Positions 14,061-26,335 of a stretch of 64,000 nucleotides of DNA are shown here, one piece after another. Below the pieces are notes generated by a model that did no database searches, was not told where the DNA came from, and worked only from the letters and a program-made list of their open reading frames with translations. Position 1 is the first letter of the stretch. The number at the start of each line of letters is the position of its first letter. The position numbers and the translations under genes were made by a program. Origin of the DNA: Guillardia theta CCMP2712 (taxonomy: Eukaryota; Protista; Cryptophyta); NCBI RefSeq assembly GCF_000315625.1, contig NW_005434635.1, positions 186,001 through 250,000 on the forward strand. The letters run 5' to 3'.

Positions 14061-14844
14061 TATCAAGTTCATCAACCGGGACGCTGTATCCTGTGCTTTC
14101 AAGCACGCGCCTGCCACAATTTTGCCTTATACTCAATAAATTCATCCTGGCGATGTCCGATCCGACTGATGTGCTACAACGGGCGCTCAGTGGGCCCGGC
14201 TTACTGACTCGAGCAAGGGCCCGGCCAACTTGATCACTGCCAGCAGGCAGTAGCAGCCGCCGGAAGGCTGAGCCTCGGACTCAGCGCTGGCCGGGCCTAG
14301 GCGACTCGGCCCGGTCGGATCTGCACTACAGCAAACCAGGCGTTACGGAGTATAACCGCTCCTAAAGCAGATTGAAATTCAACATGGCGGGGACAGCTGG
14401 GAAGGGGAGGGATGCAAGTGGAAGCAGGAGGAGAGGAGGAGGAGAAAGTTTTACATGAAGAGCTCGAGCAGATCTCAATCATGAGGAGGAGGCGGAGAAA
14501 ATAGAACAGAAGAGCATGGCTTCAAGGAAAGAAGCAGTCCGAGGAAGTAGCATAAAAATGCAGTCAGCCAAGCAGGAAAATTTCCAAAGCATTCGAAGAG
14601 ACACAAGACAAAACATCACTTGCAAGTAGGGACAAGATATGCAGATAACACATGACAGAGTTTCGTTCCGATCACATGAATCAATGACGGGATAAAGGGA
14701 TGTGCTGTTTCTAACAAGATGGCCACGAGTTCACACGGATTTCAATTTGATGGTTTTCATTGCAGGTGGAATACTGGTTTCATGTTGAAGACGTACGCTG
14801 AGACTTAAAGCACCTCCTACATCGTAGGAAATTCATCATATACA

Positions 14845-15724
14845 ATGAGCAACGTCAAGGCACTGTGGGGCTCGTTGTTATCGGGAATCGTATTCGGGAT
14901 TGTGAGTGAATCGAACTTGAGTGAAAGAGACCAATCCAACTGATGTCTTACAGGCCTGGGTCATTTTTACTGATCAGATCGCATATTACACCAAATGCAG
15001 AGAGAGTGTTCTGTCGGGCAATCTCTGTGGTTGGAAGAATACATCGGATTTTCAGATAGCCTACAGCCAGTCGTGCTGTAACCTCGATTGTCAACAGCGG
15101 CCGAACTCGACTTGCGGATCAACAGTGAACGGAATCTGCCCAGGTCCGAATGGCGAGGTGAACTTTGCTTGCAGTTGCACCTTTCACAGCAACTGCACCA
15201 CGTCTACCCCCGTGTCACAGAGCACGCTCGATCTTGCGAAAGACAAGTATGGCGGTTGGAAATCTTTAGCAGGGCAAGCTCAGCTGATCTACCTTCCTGC
15301 GGTTTTGATACTTCTTGGGTTCTTCATGATCAACACTGTTGAGTCATCGGACCTGACAGGAGAACTCGAGTATCCGAACAACGTGTTCATCAAGGTAATC
15401 ACCACTGAGTCCTCCGATGCAGGAAATGGATCGTGATTTTATTTTTTCTACTTTCTGTTCTAGGTATGGTTCTTCATCGGCAGTCTGATCACTTTTACAT
15501 CTCTGGCGATTTCTCTCTGGCTGCTCGTCGATGTGTTTGCGAAGGACAAAGCTCTGCAAGTGGGTCCAGGTGTGGGAACCGTCGTTCAGGTGACCTAGCC
15601 AGCGCTTGTCTGACACGGCTTTGGTAACCCGAGACACTGGCAGGTGTGCCTCGTTTCTCTCAGTTGTGCCTTGTTTTGGATAGCTCGACGATTTGGCGAA
15701 GATTCGGTCAATATCGGCTTGTGA
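14845..15724 (+). CDS. TMEM50: TMEM50/Vps68 (UPF0220) family membrane protein with a Cys-rich loop insertion
   Basis: Spliced product GIVFGI|AWVIFTD...YLPAVLILLGFFMINTV...K|VWFFIGSLITFTSLAISLWLL...GPGVGTVVQ|VCLVSLSCALFWIARR matches the four-TM TMEM50 pattern. Confidence 0.75.
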
Positions 15725-16835
15725 TAGTCACTGAAGTTAACTAGTAAAGGTGTCAACTCAAAGTTACTAAGTTAACCGGTCTTTGGCAGAGCCGCTGAGC
15801 CTCCTATGCTGAGTCACTGTCACGACTCATAAGTACGGTCGCTTAGTGACGCCGGCGGCCCGGCCCGGGCCGGGCCGGGCCGCCGGCGGACTCCGACGAC
15901 TGTCCGGCGACTAACTTGACCCGCAGGTCCGAAGTTTTACTCAAAGTTTTAAGTTAAAACCGAAGTAGTACTAAACTCCAATTTGGGTCTAGATCTGAAG
16001 CTATCGGGACTACGTGGAGGGTCTTATCTTTTTACTCAGGGTGGGGTGGTCTACCCCACCCTGAGTAATACCGATAATACGACCCTACCATCTACGTAAA
16101 CGATTCAAACTCAGTACCCTACGGTTCATCATAAAATGCAGTCTGAGTACCCTCAACTTTGTCCCCATTGAAGTACCCTACCCCCGATAAAACTTGTCAT
16201 CGATTGAGGGGGTAGTAGCAGAGGGTCATAGTCTCTGCTGTAGAAGGTTTGAGAGTTTAGGGGTGGGGGTAGAAGGTGTGGCGTTCAAAGTGGGGTGGTA
16301 CGAAAGCCGGGGTCTATGTGATGGGGTATTTCCACATAGGGGACCAGTCCATGGGGTACAGTGACATGTGGGGTGATATATTTTCTGACTTGGTAGGGTA
16401 GTTCTATGGTAAATCGACGGTGTGAAATGTATTGGGTGGGTACAATCATGTTCAATGAGCCTCCGTGGGGGTAGGTAGACCAGGATGAATATTTTGAAGG
16501 GTAGGTTGAAGATGGGTGGGTACTTGTTGGAGGGGTTTGGACTGGAAATGGTGAAGTGAGGGGCGCGCATGGTGAGGGCGGAAGCGATCGGAAGGAGTAC
16601 TGGTGGCCCTTCAATGGCCTTCCTCCCTCCTGTTCTGTCCATGCATTCTCAATCGCGATGCTTCTTGCCCAGGGTACATAGAGCAACACCGTCAACCTCC
16701 ATGCTGCTAGGCGAAGTTCCTCGGTTGCGTTCCGGAAAAGCAGAGAAACTGCGATGTGAACAACCTGTGCTTCCTGTGCTGATTAGCTTCCCTGCCCATG
16801 ACTCGAAGTCTTCTCTCCCGGATTGCTCCCTGCGA

Positions 16836-18499
16836 ATGAGCTCCATCCTGTCCAGAGCAATCGAAGCTGTTCAAAAAAGGGACGACAGGATTTCGGAAAC
16901 TTTCCGGGTAAGCACTATTGGAATGCTTGTTCTCCGCTCCTTGTATTTGAATATTTGACATCTTGAAACAGGAAAGTAGGACTTCTTCCATATCCGTGAA
17001 ACTGATACTCATATCAATCATTGCAATCATCTCGCGAATATTCGTACTCAGTGCTTTAACATTGTTGACTTTGATGCAACGAACCCTGAACTTCTTTGAC
17101 GAGAGGGTCTTCAAAACTAAGGGCAAGGATGATGAAGACAGCAGTACAGAAAGCACTGAAAATTCTTCCTCACCATATGAACCCCAAGCTCTGGACAGCC
17201 ACGCCAAGGCTAAACAGCACCGGGACACATCAAGCACCAAATCAGCTTCGAGCTTCAAGATATCTCCCGGACTCAAGTTGGGCTCTAAGATATTCACGGA
17301 GGCTGGTTTGGCTTGTCTTGTCACCATGTCTGAAACTGAATTCTCTTCAGAGATAGACGCGATCAAACAGATCAAGGAAAAGATCGACAACCTGCCTTCC
17401 AGCGAGAAGGAAGGGCTGTGCATCGACTGGCTATCGAGGATGCATCCTTGTGAGGTTGGCGCGTACTTGAGGGCATGCAAGCATGGCTCTGTAGAGGAAG
17501 CTTGGAAGAACATCCTGCACAGGTGAGCTAGGGGTCGCTGCGTGAGTGTGAAGAAAACTTACCCGAAATTCCAGCGCGGAATGGAGAAAATCGTATGGGG
17601 TTGCGAATATTCTGCAAGAGAAATCGACAACTCTTGACGGATTCTTCGATGGCGGGGTAACACTATCGCTCTGCCTCTGCTGTTAGGCTGATCTTGTTGC
17701 TTCAGACGCGAGAGGTCGACTGGTTGCCTCAAGGCAGCTTCTGCCTTCTTTCCCGCTAGGATGGTTGACTGAACTTGCAGGTTCGCTTCTTGACGGGAGC
17801 GGAAACCCCTGCCTGCTGTATCGCTCTGCTGCCCACGTCCCTCTCGGTCGGCCAACAGGTTTGTCCAGCGCTGGCGGGGCATGGGAGGGGAGGAAGTGAC
17901 AGGGGAGGACAGAGGAATGGCTCAGGTTTTTCGTCCATCAATGTGAGTGGGCCAGGAGAAAGCACCCGTCGAAGCAGGTCATGCTCATGAACTGTTTCTC
18001 GTGAGAGTCATTCGCTCCTTTAGGTCGTCATCCTCGTCGACCGCGTCGGGAGCGGGCTGAGCAACCAGGACCCAACCGTCCTGCGCGAGCTCGTGCCGGT
18101 GATACAGAACCACTACCCCCAGCTGATCGGGCGAGTCTTCATCGCCCCTGTCAACAAAGTTCTGTGGATCATCTGGCGTATCGTCTCGCTGATCCTCGAT
18201 GAAGAGATCCAGCAGGTCATCGAGCTCGTTGAGGTAGCTGACCCTTGCCCCCCTTCCCACCCCCCCCCCCCCTCCTTCACCCCTACCTGCCTCCACTCCC
18301 TTCTTCCTCCTCCTACTCGGCCATAGAGGGACCCGCCGGCACTACTACCACCACTCTCATCTCCTCCTCCTCCTCCTCCTCCTCCTCCTCCATTCACTGT
18401 GATTGTCGCCAGGGCGACGATTGGCAGGAGCGACTGTGCATGTACATCGAGCCAGCAGCCCTTCCTTTGCGGCTGGGAGGACAGAACACCCTCTTGTAA
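16836..18499 (+). CDS. CRAL-TRIO/Sec14 lipid-binding domain protein, multi-exon
   Basis: AYLRACKHGSVEEAWKNILH..EWRK; VILVDRVG; IQNHYPQLIGRVFIAPVNKVLWIIWRIVSLILDE; YIEPAALPLRLGG. Confidence 0.8.
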
Positions 18500-18539
18500 A
18501 TTCTCAATCAATAAAAGTTTTCAAGCACCCAGCTTTCTT

Positions 18540-21500
18540 CATCCTCTCCTCGCGTCGACGGCGAGGAGCCGCAACACGCGCTCCCTCCTCTCCTTCCACA
18601 CCCTCCTGACGTTGTCTGGACGTCGAGTGTCAGCGAGCACAGCGAGACCAGGAGGACCCACCGTTGATGTATGACGCGCAGTCCACGCACAGGGAGGGCT
18701 CGTCGAACTGGAGGCGGAAGTACCGGGTCACGCGTCCCGACGGACTCCCGTTGGCTATGGAGGTGGCGGCAGCAATGGGATCTTTCAGCTAGGAGGGGAC
18801 GAGGTGAGAATGATGACACGAAGAAGTTGCAGGGTCTCACCTGGATCTCGAGAAGGTGGGCGTTGCTGGTGGACACGGTAGAGGAGGAGATGTCGCGAAG
18901 AGGTATCACCTACGAGGGATGAGGAAAAGAAGAAGGGAGAGAAAGGGAGTAGGGAGGAGGGAGGAGGGAGGAGGGAGGAGGGAGGAGGGAGGAGGGAGGA
19001 GGGAGGAGGGAGGAGGGAGGAGGGAAAGGTGAGTGACCTGAGTAACGACACCCTTGGCAATGTCTCCTCGAGCATCCGGGGCCACCAGGAGCATCGAGGC
19101 TTGATCCACCAGCAGGTAGCGGAAGACCCAGGTCCCCTGCTCATACGCCAGGCAGATCCTGTGAACTCCGAGAGCCTGGATGTCTTCCTCCAGGTTGTTT
19201 ATGCAAGCCCCGACCTTCATGGTAGTCGACGCCTGTACAGTGGAAGAGGGCCTCCCCGTCCCTCGGGTATTGCGTTCCTCCTCCTCCTCCTCTTGCTCCT
19301 CCTCCTCGACTCCCCCGCACAGCCAGTCGTGGAGGAAGCGCAGGAGGATCCACATCTGCGCCTTGTGGCGGAGGAAGTCAATCTCGGCCTTGGGGAGGGT
19401 TTTAGCTGGGGGAACTGCTGGGATGTTGCCGACGAAGGGGGGGAGGATCAGGATCGCGTCCGTTAAAATCGCCTCCACGTCAACTTCCTTCACGACGCTG
19501 AGCCCGTTGTCCTTCCCCAGCTGCTCCTCGGCGATGCAGATGAAGAGGTGGCTCCGATCGCCGTCTTCGAACTTGAGCATGTCGCTGATGAGGTGGACGG
19601 CGCTCTGCAGGGCGTCCAGCAGGATGCAGGCATGCTGGGGCAGGAGGAAGAGGCCCCTGGGGACCCGCCGCCCTGCTCGGAGCAGCGAAGGGATGGCAGA
19701 GCCGCAGGGGTGCGTGAGCTCAAGGAGGATGTTGGCGGCCAGAGTCGCAGTGAAGAACCTCCTTTCAGCCTGTCGGGCCAGCAGCCCGAGGAGGAGGACG
19801 ACCAGCTCGCTGTTGTAGCCTATCTGATGCTCGTCCAACGCCGTCAAGTCGCCTTCTGCTGCAGCAGGTGAGCCCTCAGACAGCAGAAGTCTCCTCCTCC
19901 TCCTGCTCCTCCTCCTCCTCCTCCTCCTCTCACCCGGAGATTCGAGGACGCTGTCCTCCAACCCCGGCGTCTCGACGTTGACATGCTTCACGTGGTTCGT
20001 CTCGTAGCTCCAGGTCGCCACCCCACGCACGGCAGACTCTCCTCCCCCCTCGACCAAGCGCTTCCCCTCATCCCCTCTACTTATCTCACCCTCCTCCTGC
20101 AAGTTCTCCTCCTTGCTCCTCTTCTTCACCTCGAGCATGTCAGCGCGCTGCTGGCACACGATCGCGCTCCTCAGCTCCTCACCTTGCGGCACCTCGTAGG
20201 AAGCAGCCCGCACTCCTCGAGCACGGCAGGAGAGGCAGAGCCCTTCTGGATGGCTGCGAGGACGCAAGTGAGAATCATCAGCACCGCGTGGTCCTCGTCC
20301 GCTGAGAGGTTGGTGAGGATAACGGGCCGGCACGTGTTTGGAGGGCCTCGCTCTGCTCACCCTTCAGACGCGCAGCGAAATCGACAGGAAGAAGCAAGAG
20401 GACAACCTGCCGCATCCTCGTCCATAGAGGAGTGAGGAGGCTTGCCGCGTGTGGACTTCTCCTCCATCTCGATGCTTTCCTGCATGACTTCCTGGCGGAC
20501 AGCAACCAAGATGCCAGGACGAGCGCCCTCTGTTGCGTTGCCCTCTGTTGCGTTGACAGCGTGCGATCTGCGAGCCGTAGGTGTGCTTTGGAAGCAGGAC
20601 AACCATCAGAACGTCATGATCACCACCACGACCAACTCCTCCTCCTCCTCCTCCTCCTCCTCCTCCTCCTCCTCCTCCTCCTCCTCCTCCTCCTCCTCCG
20701 CCCCCTTTCCCCCTCCCCCTCCTCCTCTCCCCTTTGTTCTTCCTCCTCCCTCCTCTCCCAACCTCTCCCTCTCCTTCGTCCTCCTCCTCCTCCTTACCGA
20801 ATCTGCGGGAAGTAAACCTCAGGGTCGTCATCGCGGTTGGCGAACAGCGATCTGATGAGGAACTCGCTGAGGTCCTTGTCCTGCGACGCAGCTCATGAGC
20901 TCTCCGACCGCCGCCGCCTCCTCTCTTTCACCTGGACGCTCCCCAGAGTCTGTGCTGCGATCAGAAGAGCCGCCTGCCGGTCGCATGGTCAGTGGAAAGT
21001 CAGTCAGCTAACAATGGACGAACAGGGAGCTGGAGGGGTTCAGTTGACAGGGCGTTTTCATGTGCTTTCTCGTCATAGTCCTCAGGTTTCTTCGATCCTC
21101 TTCTGTTCGCTCGGATGCTCTCGAAGCTCATCTGCATCAAGAGCAGCTCAGTCCCTCGCGGATGCTCGCCCGCCCGACTTGCTCACCGGGACGACGAGTT
21201 TGTGCAGGAGCCGCGAGCCAAGAATCTTTCTCAGCGCAGGGAATCCGCAGCACATGATGTCATTGATGTAGTAGAAGTTGTCGATCTGTGCTCAAAAAGT
21301 GAGCTTGTGCTGGAAGAGTCCTACCCTCTCCACTCTCCACCTGTTCCTGGATGATCTTCTCAACTGAATACTTGATCGGCTGCAGGGCGTCAGTGTTGCT
21401 CCTGGAACAACCCCTCCTTTCACATTCACCTTGGTCTCTCTGGGTGAAGTAGCAAACATGGCGTCGGTCAGAAGAGAATCCAACTCCCTGTACCGCCTTA

Positions 21501-22444
21501 TCATCTCCCAGACGATGTTGGAGAAGAACGGGACTGTGGTGGGAGGTCAGCCGCGCAAGCAGGCCGCAGGGTTGCCAGGCTCTCGACCACTCCTCACCTG
21601 CAGTCCTGTTGGCGATATACTCCCTCATCCCCACATCCTCGATCCCGTAGATGTTCAACGTCAAGGTGCGGACTGCAACTCGCACCATGTGGTCGTCATG
21701 GTTGTAGAACTTCAGCGCCTCGGTCAGGAGGGGGAACTCTTCCACAGAACGTCACGGGCAGGAGGGAGGTGGACGCGGCGTCACCTGGAGTCTTCCGCGC
21801 GTTGAAGAAGAAGTGGACGGTGTCCGCGTTGACGCGGAGGGAAAGCGCCTTCAGGAACGAGATATAGTACGCCATCAGCTCCTGCGGCTCTCGGCGTCAT
21901 CACATGGCGGAGGAGCCGCACATGTCACCTCATCTTGGAAGTCGAACCTGTGGGTGATGAGCTCGTTCACGTGGTCGTTCGATAGGAGGTAGAAGATCAG
22001 CGACGAGTTGTTGAGGTTCTGCCAAGCACTCCCATCAACCCGCACCCCCATCTCCTTGCACCATTGCGAACCTGGAAGAAGATGCTCAGGGATTGCAGAA
22101 TCTGCACTTTCATCGGCTTTGCTGTTCTGCGCGATGGTTCAAGAAACCCCAGCAACTTCTCAAGCATGCGCTTCTGTACCACACCGGGTGCGGTCAGCGC
22201 CAACCATGCACAAGTCACTTGCCCGCACCTCCATGAAGAACTCTGTAATCAGCGCGTCGTGCTTGTCGCCCCACGTCACTAGCTCAGCGATCTCACGGAC
22301 GGTCTCCACCATCATGTCCACATTGCTCAGGGTAACTAGAGGATTCCGCTCGATGATGTTCAGGAGGTGGGCTAGGTACGCTGTAGAGAATCGTTCCACC
22401 GGCGCCAACCCCAGCGCCTCCCCCAGCTTCTTCAGGATGGACAT
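18540..22444 (-). CDS. CLEC16A: CLEC16A/GOP-1/TT9 (FPL domain) endolysosomal/autophagy regulator; 3' end approximate
   Basis: [22 protein letters not shown]; [13 protein letters not shown]; [19 protein letters not shown]; [18 protein letters not shown]; [31 protein letters not shown]. Confidence 0.9.
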
Positions 22445-23099
22445 CCTGTTGCTCCGCAACCTTCCCCCCCCCGCCACCTTCACCCTCGAAGTCGATCGAT
22501 CAGCGGCTACCTGACTCGCCCGCTCCTCCTACTCTCCCCCTCCTCGCTTCTCCTTCCATCCCTCACAGCGCTATCGATTGCTGCATCGATTGCCTTCTCA
22601 ATCCTTAGCCTCGTCCCCGCGCAAACCAAAGTCACCACCCTGGCGTGGATACCCCTTCTTTGGAATACCCCACCCTGATAAAATGCTGTTGAGAATTGAA
22701 AAAATTACCCCTCTTTTGAAGACGAGAAGACTACCCTCACCCCTTAGATCCTGAGCCCGAGGCCGGACATGGGGGAGGGAGCGACGGCAAACGAAGTTTG
22801 TGAGACGTTGCGAGGAGGGAAGAGGAGGAGGAGGAAGGGAGAGATTGCGTTGGCACCCAATGAATGCAGGTAGGCGTCATAGAGATGTGCTCCGACGTTG
22901 TGGGGCACGACTGAGTTGCGAGAGGAAAGGGAGATCATGGATAGGGTCTGTAGTTTGTGCTGTCTTTAGAGTGCAGATACATGTTTTTGCAGAAGATTCC
23001 ATACGATTCAACATAAACTTGACGAATTCCTGATAGTTAGAGCGAATCGCAAGCTTCCATGTTGAACGAGAATGCGTTGGACGACGAAATTGTTATCGT

Positions 23100-23823
23100 T
23101 TTCATGTGTAAATCGAACAGTGCCCGGTATACTGTTCATATCGCCTTGTAACCGCAAGATTCCAATTGCTCACTCTGATCCTACAGTTCCGTTGTAGCTG
23201 AATGTATCGCAAGGAAGAAGTGGCAAGGTCAGGGCTGCCAAGAGCCAGCTCTTGACGGCTGTCCGTTCCCAGGGTGGGAGGGTACAAAGAAAAGTTTCTA
23301 CTCAGCAGGAACTCAAATCAAGAAGGATTCTTCATCAAGTACAGGCATCAAAATCGGCGTCACAAAGGCACTGGAGCGAGCAGGATATGACATACTGGGG
23401 CTCCGCTCTAAGGGGATAACGTCTTTGACCGAAGAGCTAGGGGATCGGAGGATCCACTATGGTATGCCCTGGGTTTCAGCCTCCCTTGGCCTGACAGGTT
23501 TGCAGTTGTGACGATGTGCTGCGAGGCCGAGGGAGATCTCAAGTGCAACGTCACTGTACGAAGAGCGTTGGGGCTGGAGAGCGCCAACCCGTTGGTGCCC
23601 AAGCATCTTAGCTTCCCGGTCTGCGCTCCTACCGACGCTTGTCGGCGAGAAGGACTGACAGGTTTGCCGCAAGTCGAGCATGCTCGAGTGCCGATCAGTG
23701 ATTGATTTCATGGCAGGAGAAGAAGAAGCTGCAAATCCTTTCTACGACAGACTGATCCATGACGTCGAGTGTTTCGTCGAACAGCTTCCAACTTTCCTTA
23801 ACTCTGCAGAGCCAATGAAATAG
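23100..23823 (+). CDS. Probable small multi-exon hypothetical gene
   Basis: Exon-like open segments between GT-AG introns (e.g. GVTKALERAGYDILGLRSKGITSLTEELG; NPFYDRLIHDVECFVEQLPTFL*); start not resolved. Confidence 0.35.
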
Positions 23824-24717
23824 ATCCAACGGTTGTAAATAACTCGGAGTGTCGTGACCTCATGCGGCTTGATGTTGATGCGCCTGCCCATACGCATTGC
23901 AGTCATGTGGCCGCCTATTCCTAACGGTGTTCTTTTGGACTCGCCGCGCGCGGCCCCGGCCGCCCGGGCCGGGAGCCTGCGCCGCGGCCCGCCGGGCCCG
24001 CCGCCCGCCGCCCGGGCCAGCCCCGGGCAGTCCGTCCGGGCGGCCCGGCTGCAGCGAGCCCAGGCTGACTCAAGTCACTGAGTCGGAGTGGCCCGCGGCC
24101 CTTCAAGTTTCAAATTTGGCCGCAAGTGACTACCGTACAGTGGGCCGGGCCCGGACCCGGCGGGCCGCCCGAGTCGCTGCCGGCCCAGGCCGGGCTGTGC
24201 ATGGCCGGGCCGGGCGCGGCGGCGGCAGCCTCGGCTGGGCAGTGGCGCCTCAGTGCCAGCCTTGAAGCCCGGGTCCGCCGGGACTCCGGGACGGTCACCG
24301 GGTACGGCACGGTCGCCGGGCGGCCGCCGGCCGGGCCCCCGGGCCCCGCGGCGGGCCCCGCAGGAGCCAGCACCCGACTCGGGTCGGAGCCTGCGAGTGT
24401 GCACCAACTGTACCATACAAAACTTTTGTTACTATACTTCTTTCCGTATTCCAGAATTAAGTATACAGATACAAATATATAAGTAAATATAAATTGTACT
24501 ATGAAACCAAACAGTATAATACAACTAGTTTCAATATGGTACTATACAGAACTGCCTCCGGTACTGACCGAATTCCTCCTACGGTCCACCAACAATTGGA
24601 CCACCGGTACTTTCTACAGGATATCGACTGAGCGATTCGGGGGTGAGGTGGGGGCATCAAGGTGGGGCGGGCCTGGGGGCGAAGAGACGCGTAGACGCGG
24701 AGAGCCGCGCGGGCAGG

Positions 24718-26185
24718 ATGGCGCGATGGCGACTGATGGCGGGCGTTGGAGGGGCGATGGCGCTCCTCCTCGTGGCCGTTGTGACCCTCCAAGTAAGAGA
24801 AGATGAGCATGCAGCACTCCTTCAAGAGTACGTGCAGCCTGCACGCATGCAGCAGCTCCCAGAGTTCTCGGTAGCAGGGACCATGCAAACCGGTGCCCCA
24901 GCACCCCAAGGCATTCCCCTGTCTTTCCAGCTTCCCGTGCCTCTTCCAGCCCCATCCCCTCCTGCACCAACTGTGATCACTGTGGGACCAAGGCCAAAGA
25001 AGGCTCCAGTCTGCAAGCGCTGTGAGAGGCAGATGCGCGAGATCAAGGTGAGAGGGCACTTCTCGGGAACCCAGCTACAAGTGATGTGATTGTTTTTGTG
25101 TTTTGCAGCGCATGATCAAGCGCATTAAGAGACAGAATGAGAAGGCTGACGACCTCATGGAGAAGCAAGATGACATGATTGCCAGCTACAAGGAACGCAT
25201 GGAAGAGGCTGTTGAGAAGGTCAAGGACAAGCTCTACGAGAAGGCCAAGCAGTACAAGAGAGTTATCTCTGATCTCAAGACCCAGCCTGGCCCCCCCGGT
25301 CCTCCGGGTGTTCCAGGAAAGCCAGGAAGCAATGGTCTCCCAGGCAAGCCTGGAGCTCCAGGAGACACTGGACCTCCTGGACCTCAAGGAGCCACGGTAA
25401 GCTCGGATTTTAGATCTCGCACTCTCATTAGCTCTGGGGGTTGTGGGCGTGCTCTGATGTTCATTCGTATTTCAGGGACCTCCTGGAGAGCAGGGACCTC
25501 AGGGAATCACTGGTGCTATTGGACCTCCGGGCCCTCGTGGTCCCGTAGGACCTGAAGGTACAGAAGACCTTTCCATGCCTGGACCTTTGTGTTGACTTCG
25601 GCCTGTAGGACGTGTTGGACCTCGTGGTCCTCAGGGACCTAACGGACCTCTCGGACCTTCTCTCAACCAGCTCTGTGAAAAGATTGGCGGAATGACTTAC
25701 AAGGGTGTTTGCTTCAAACGTAAATCCAGCAAACATGTACATGAATCACGACTTACTTGTGATTCAGGTTCCAAGCTTATTGGGAACTCCGACAACTTCC
25801 CCCCAGATTGCAACGTGTACAATCCTCGTGCAAGCTGGCAGGAGAGCGACTACGTTGCCCTTCAGAGAATGTTCAAGGATAGACCTACTTGGGAGGAGAT
25901 CAACCGCAATGCCAAGGGAGGTCTTTGCACTAACTTCAGGGCCACTCTTGCCTTCGAGCAGCACGAGGTGAGAATGTTCTTACGTGCATATTCCTCCTTC
26001 CTTACCTTTGATCTTCAGAGCCCTGTCGGAGTTTGGGCCAACCAGAACAGTTTTGTCTTCTCACCTGTGAACGGGCGACCCCAGTGCCAGGTAAAGACTC
26101 TGTCATGAATAACGGGAGTAGTTTGACATGTTGCCAGATGTACGGAGATAACACGGTCATGGCCGTTTATGCTTGCCAAGTTTAA
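24718..26185 (+). CDS. Type II membrane collagen-like protein (TM, Pro-rich, CxxC, coiled coil, about 27 Gly-X-Y triplets, C-terminal Cys domain)
   Basis: [16 protein letters not shown]... continues in frame over three exons; final exon [15 protein letters not shown]. Confidence 0.85.
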
Positions 26186-26335
26186 GGATAGGATCTCTCT
26201 GAAATTTTTATTGAACGCACCAGTACATTCCAACTTTTGGAATTTTGCATTTCTTTGTGCGATGTAGTTCATATGTCATCAAATGACCCAGTACAATGAC
26301 GCAACCAATGAGTGGTCAAACGACACAGTTGCTGA

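Noticed and set aside
23854-24486. Pro/Ala/Gly/Arg-rich ORFs in the GC islands (also 28248-29378)
   Set aside because: Expected from stop-poor GC-rich DNA; no domains
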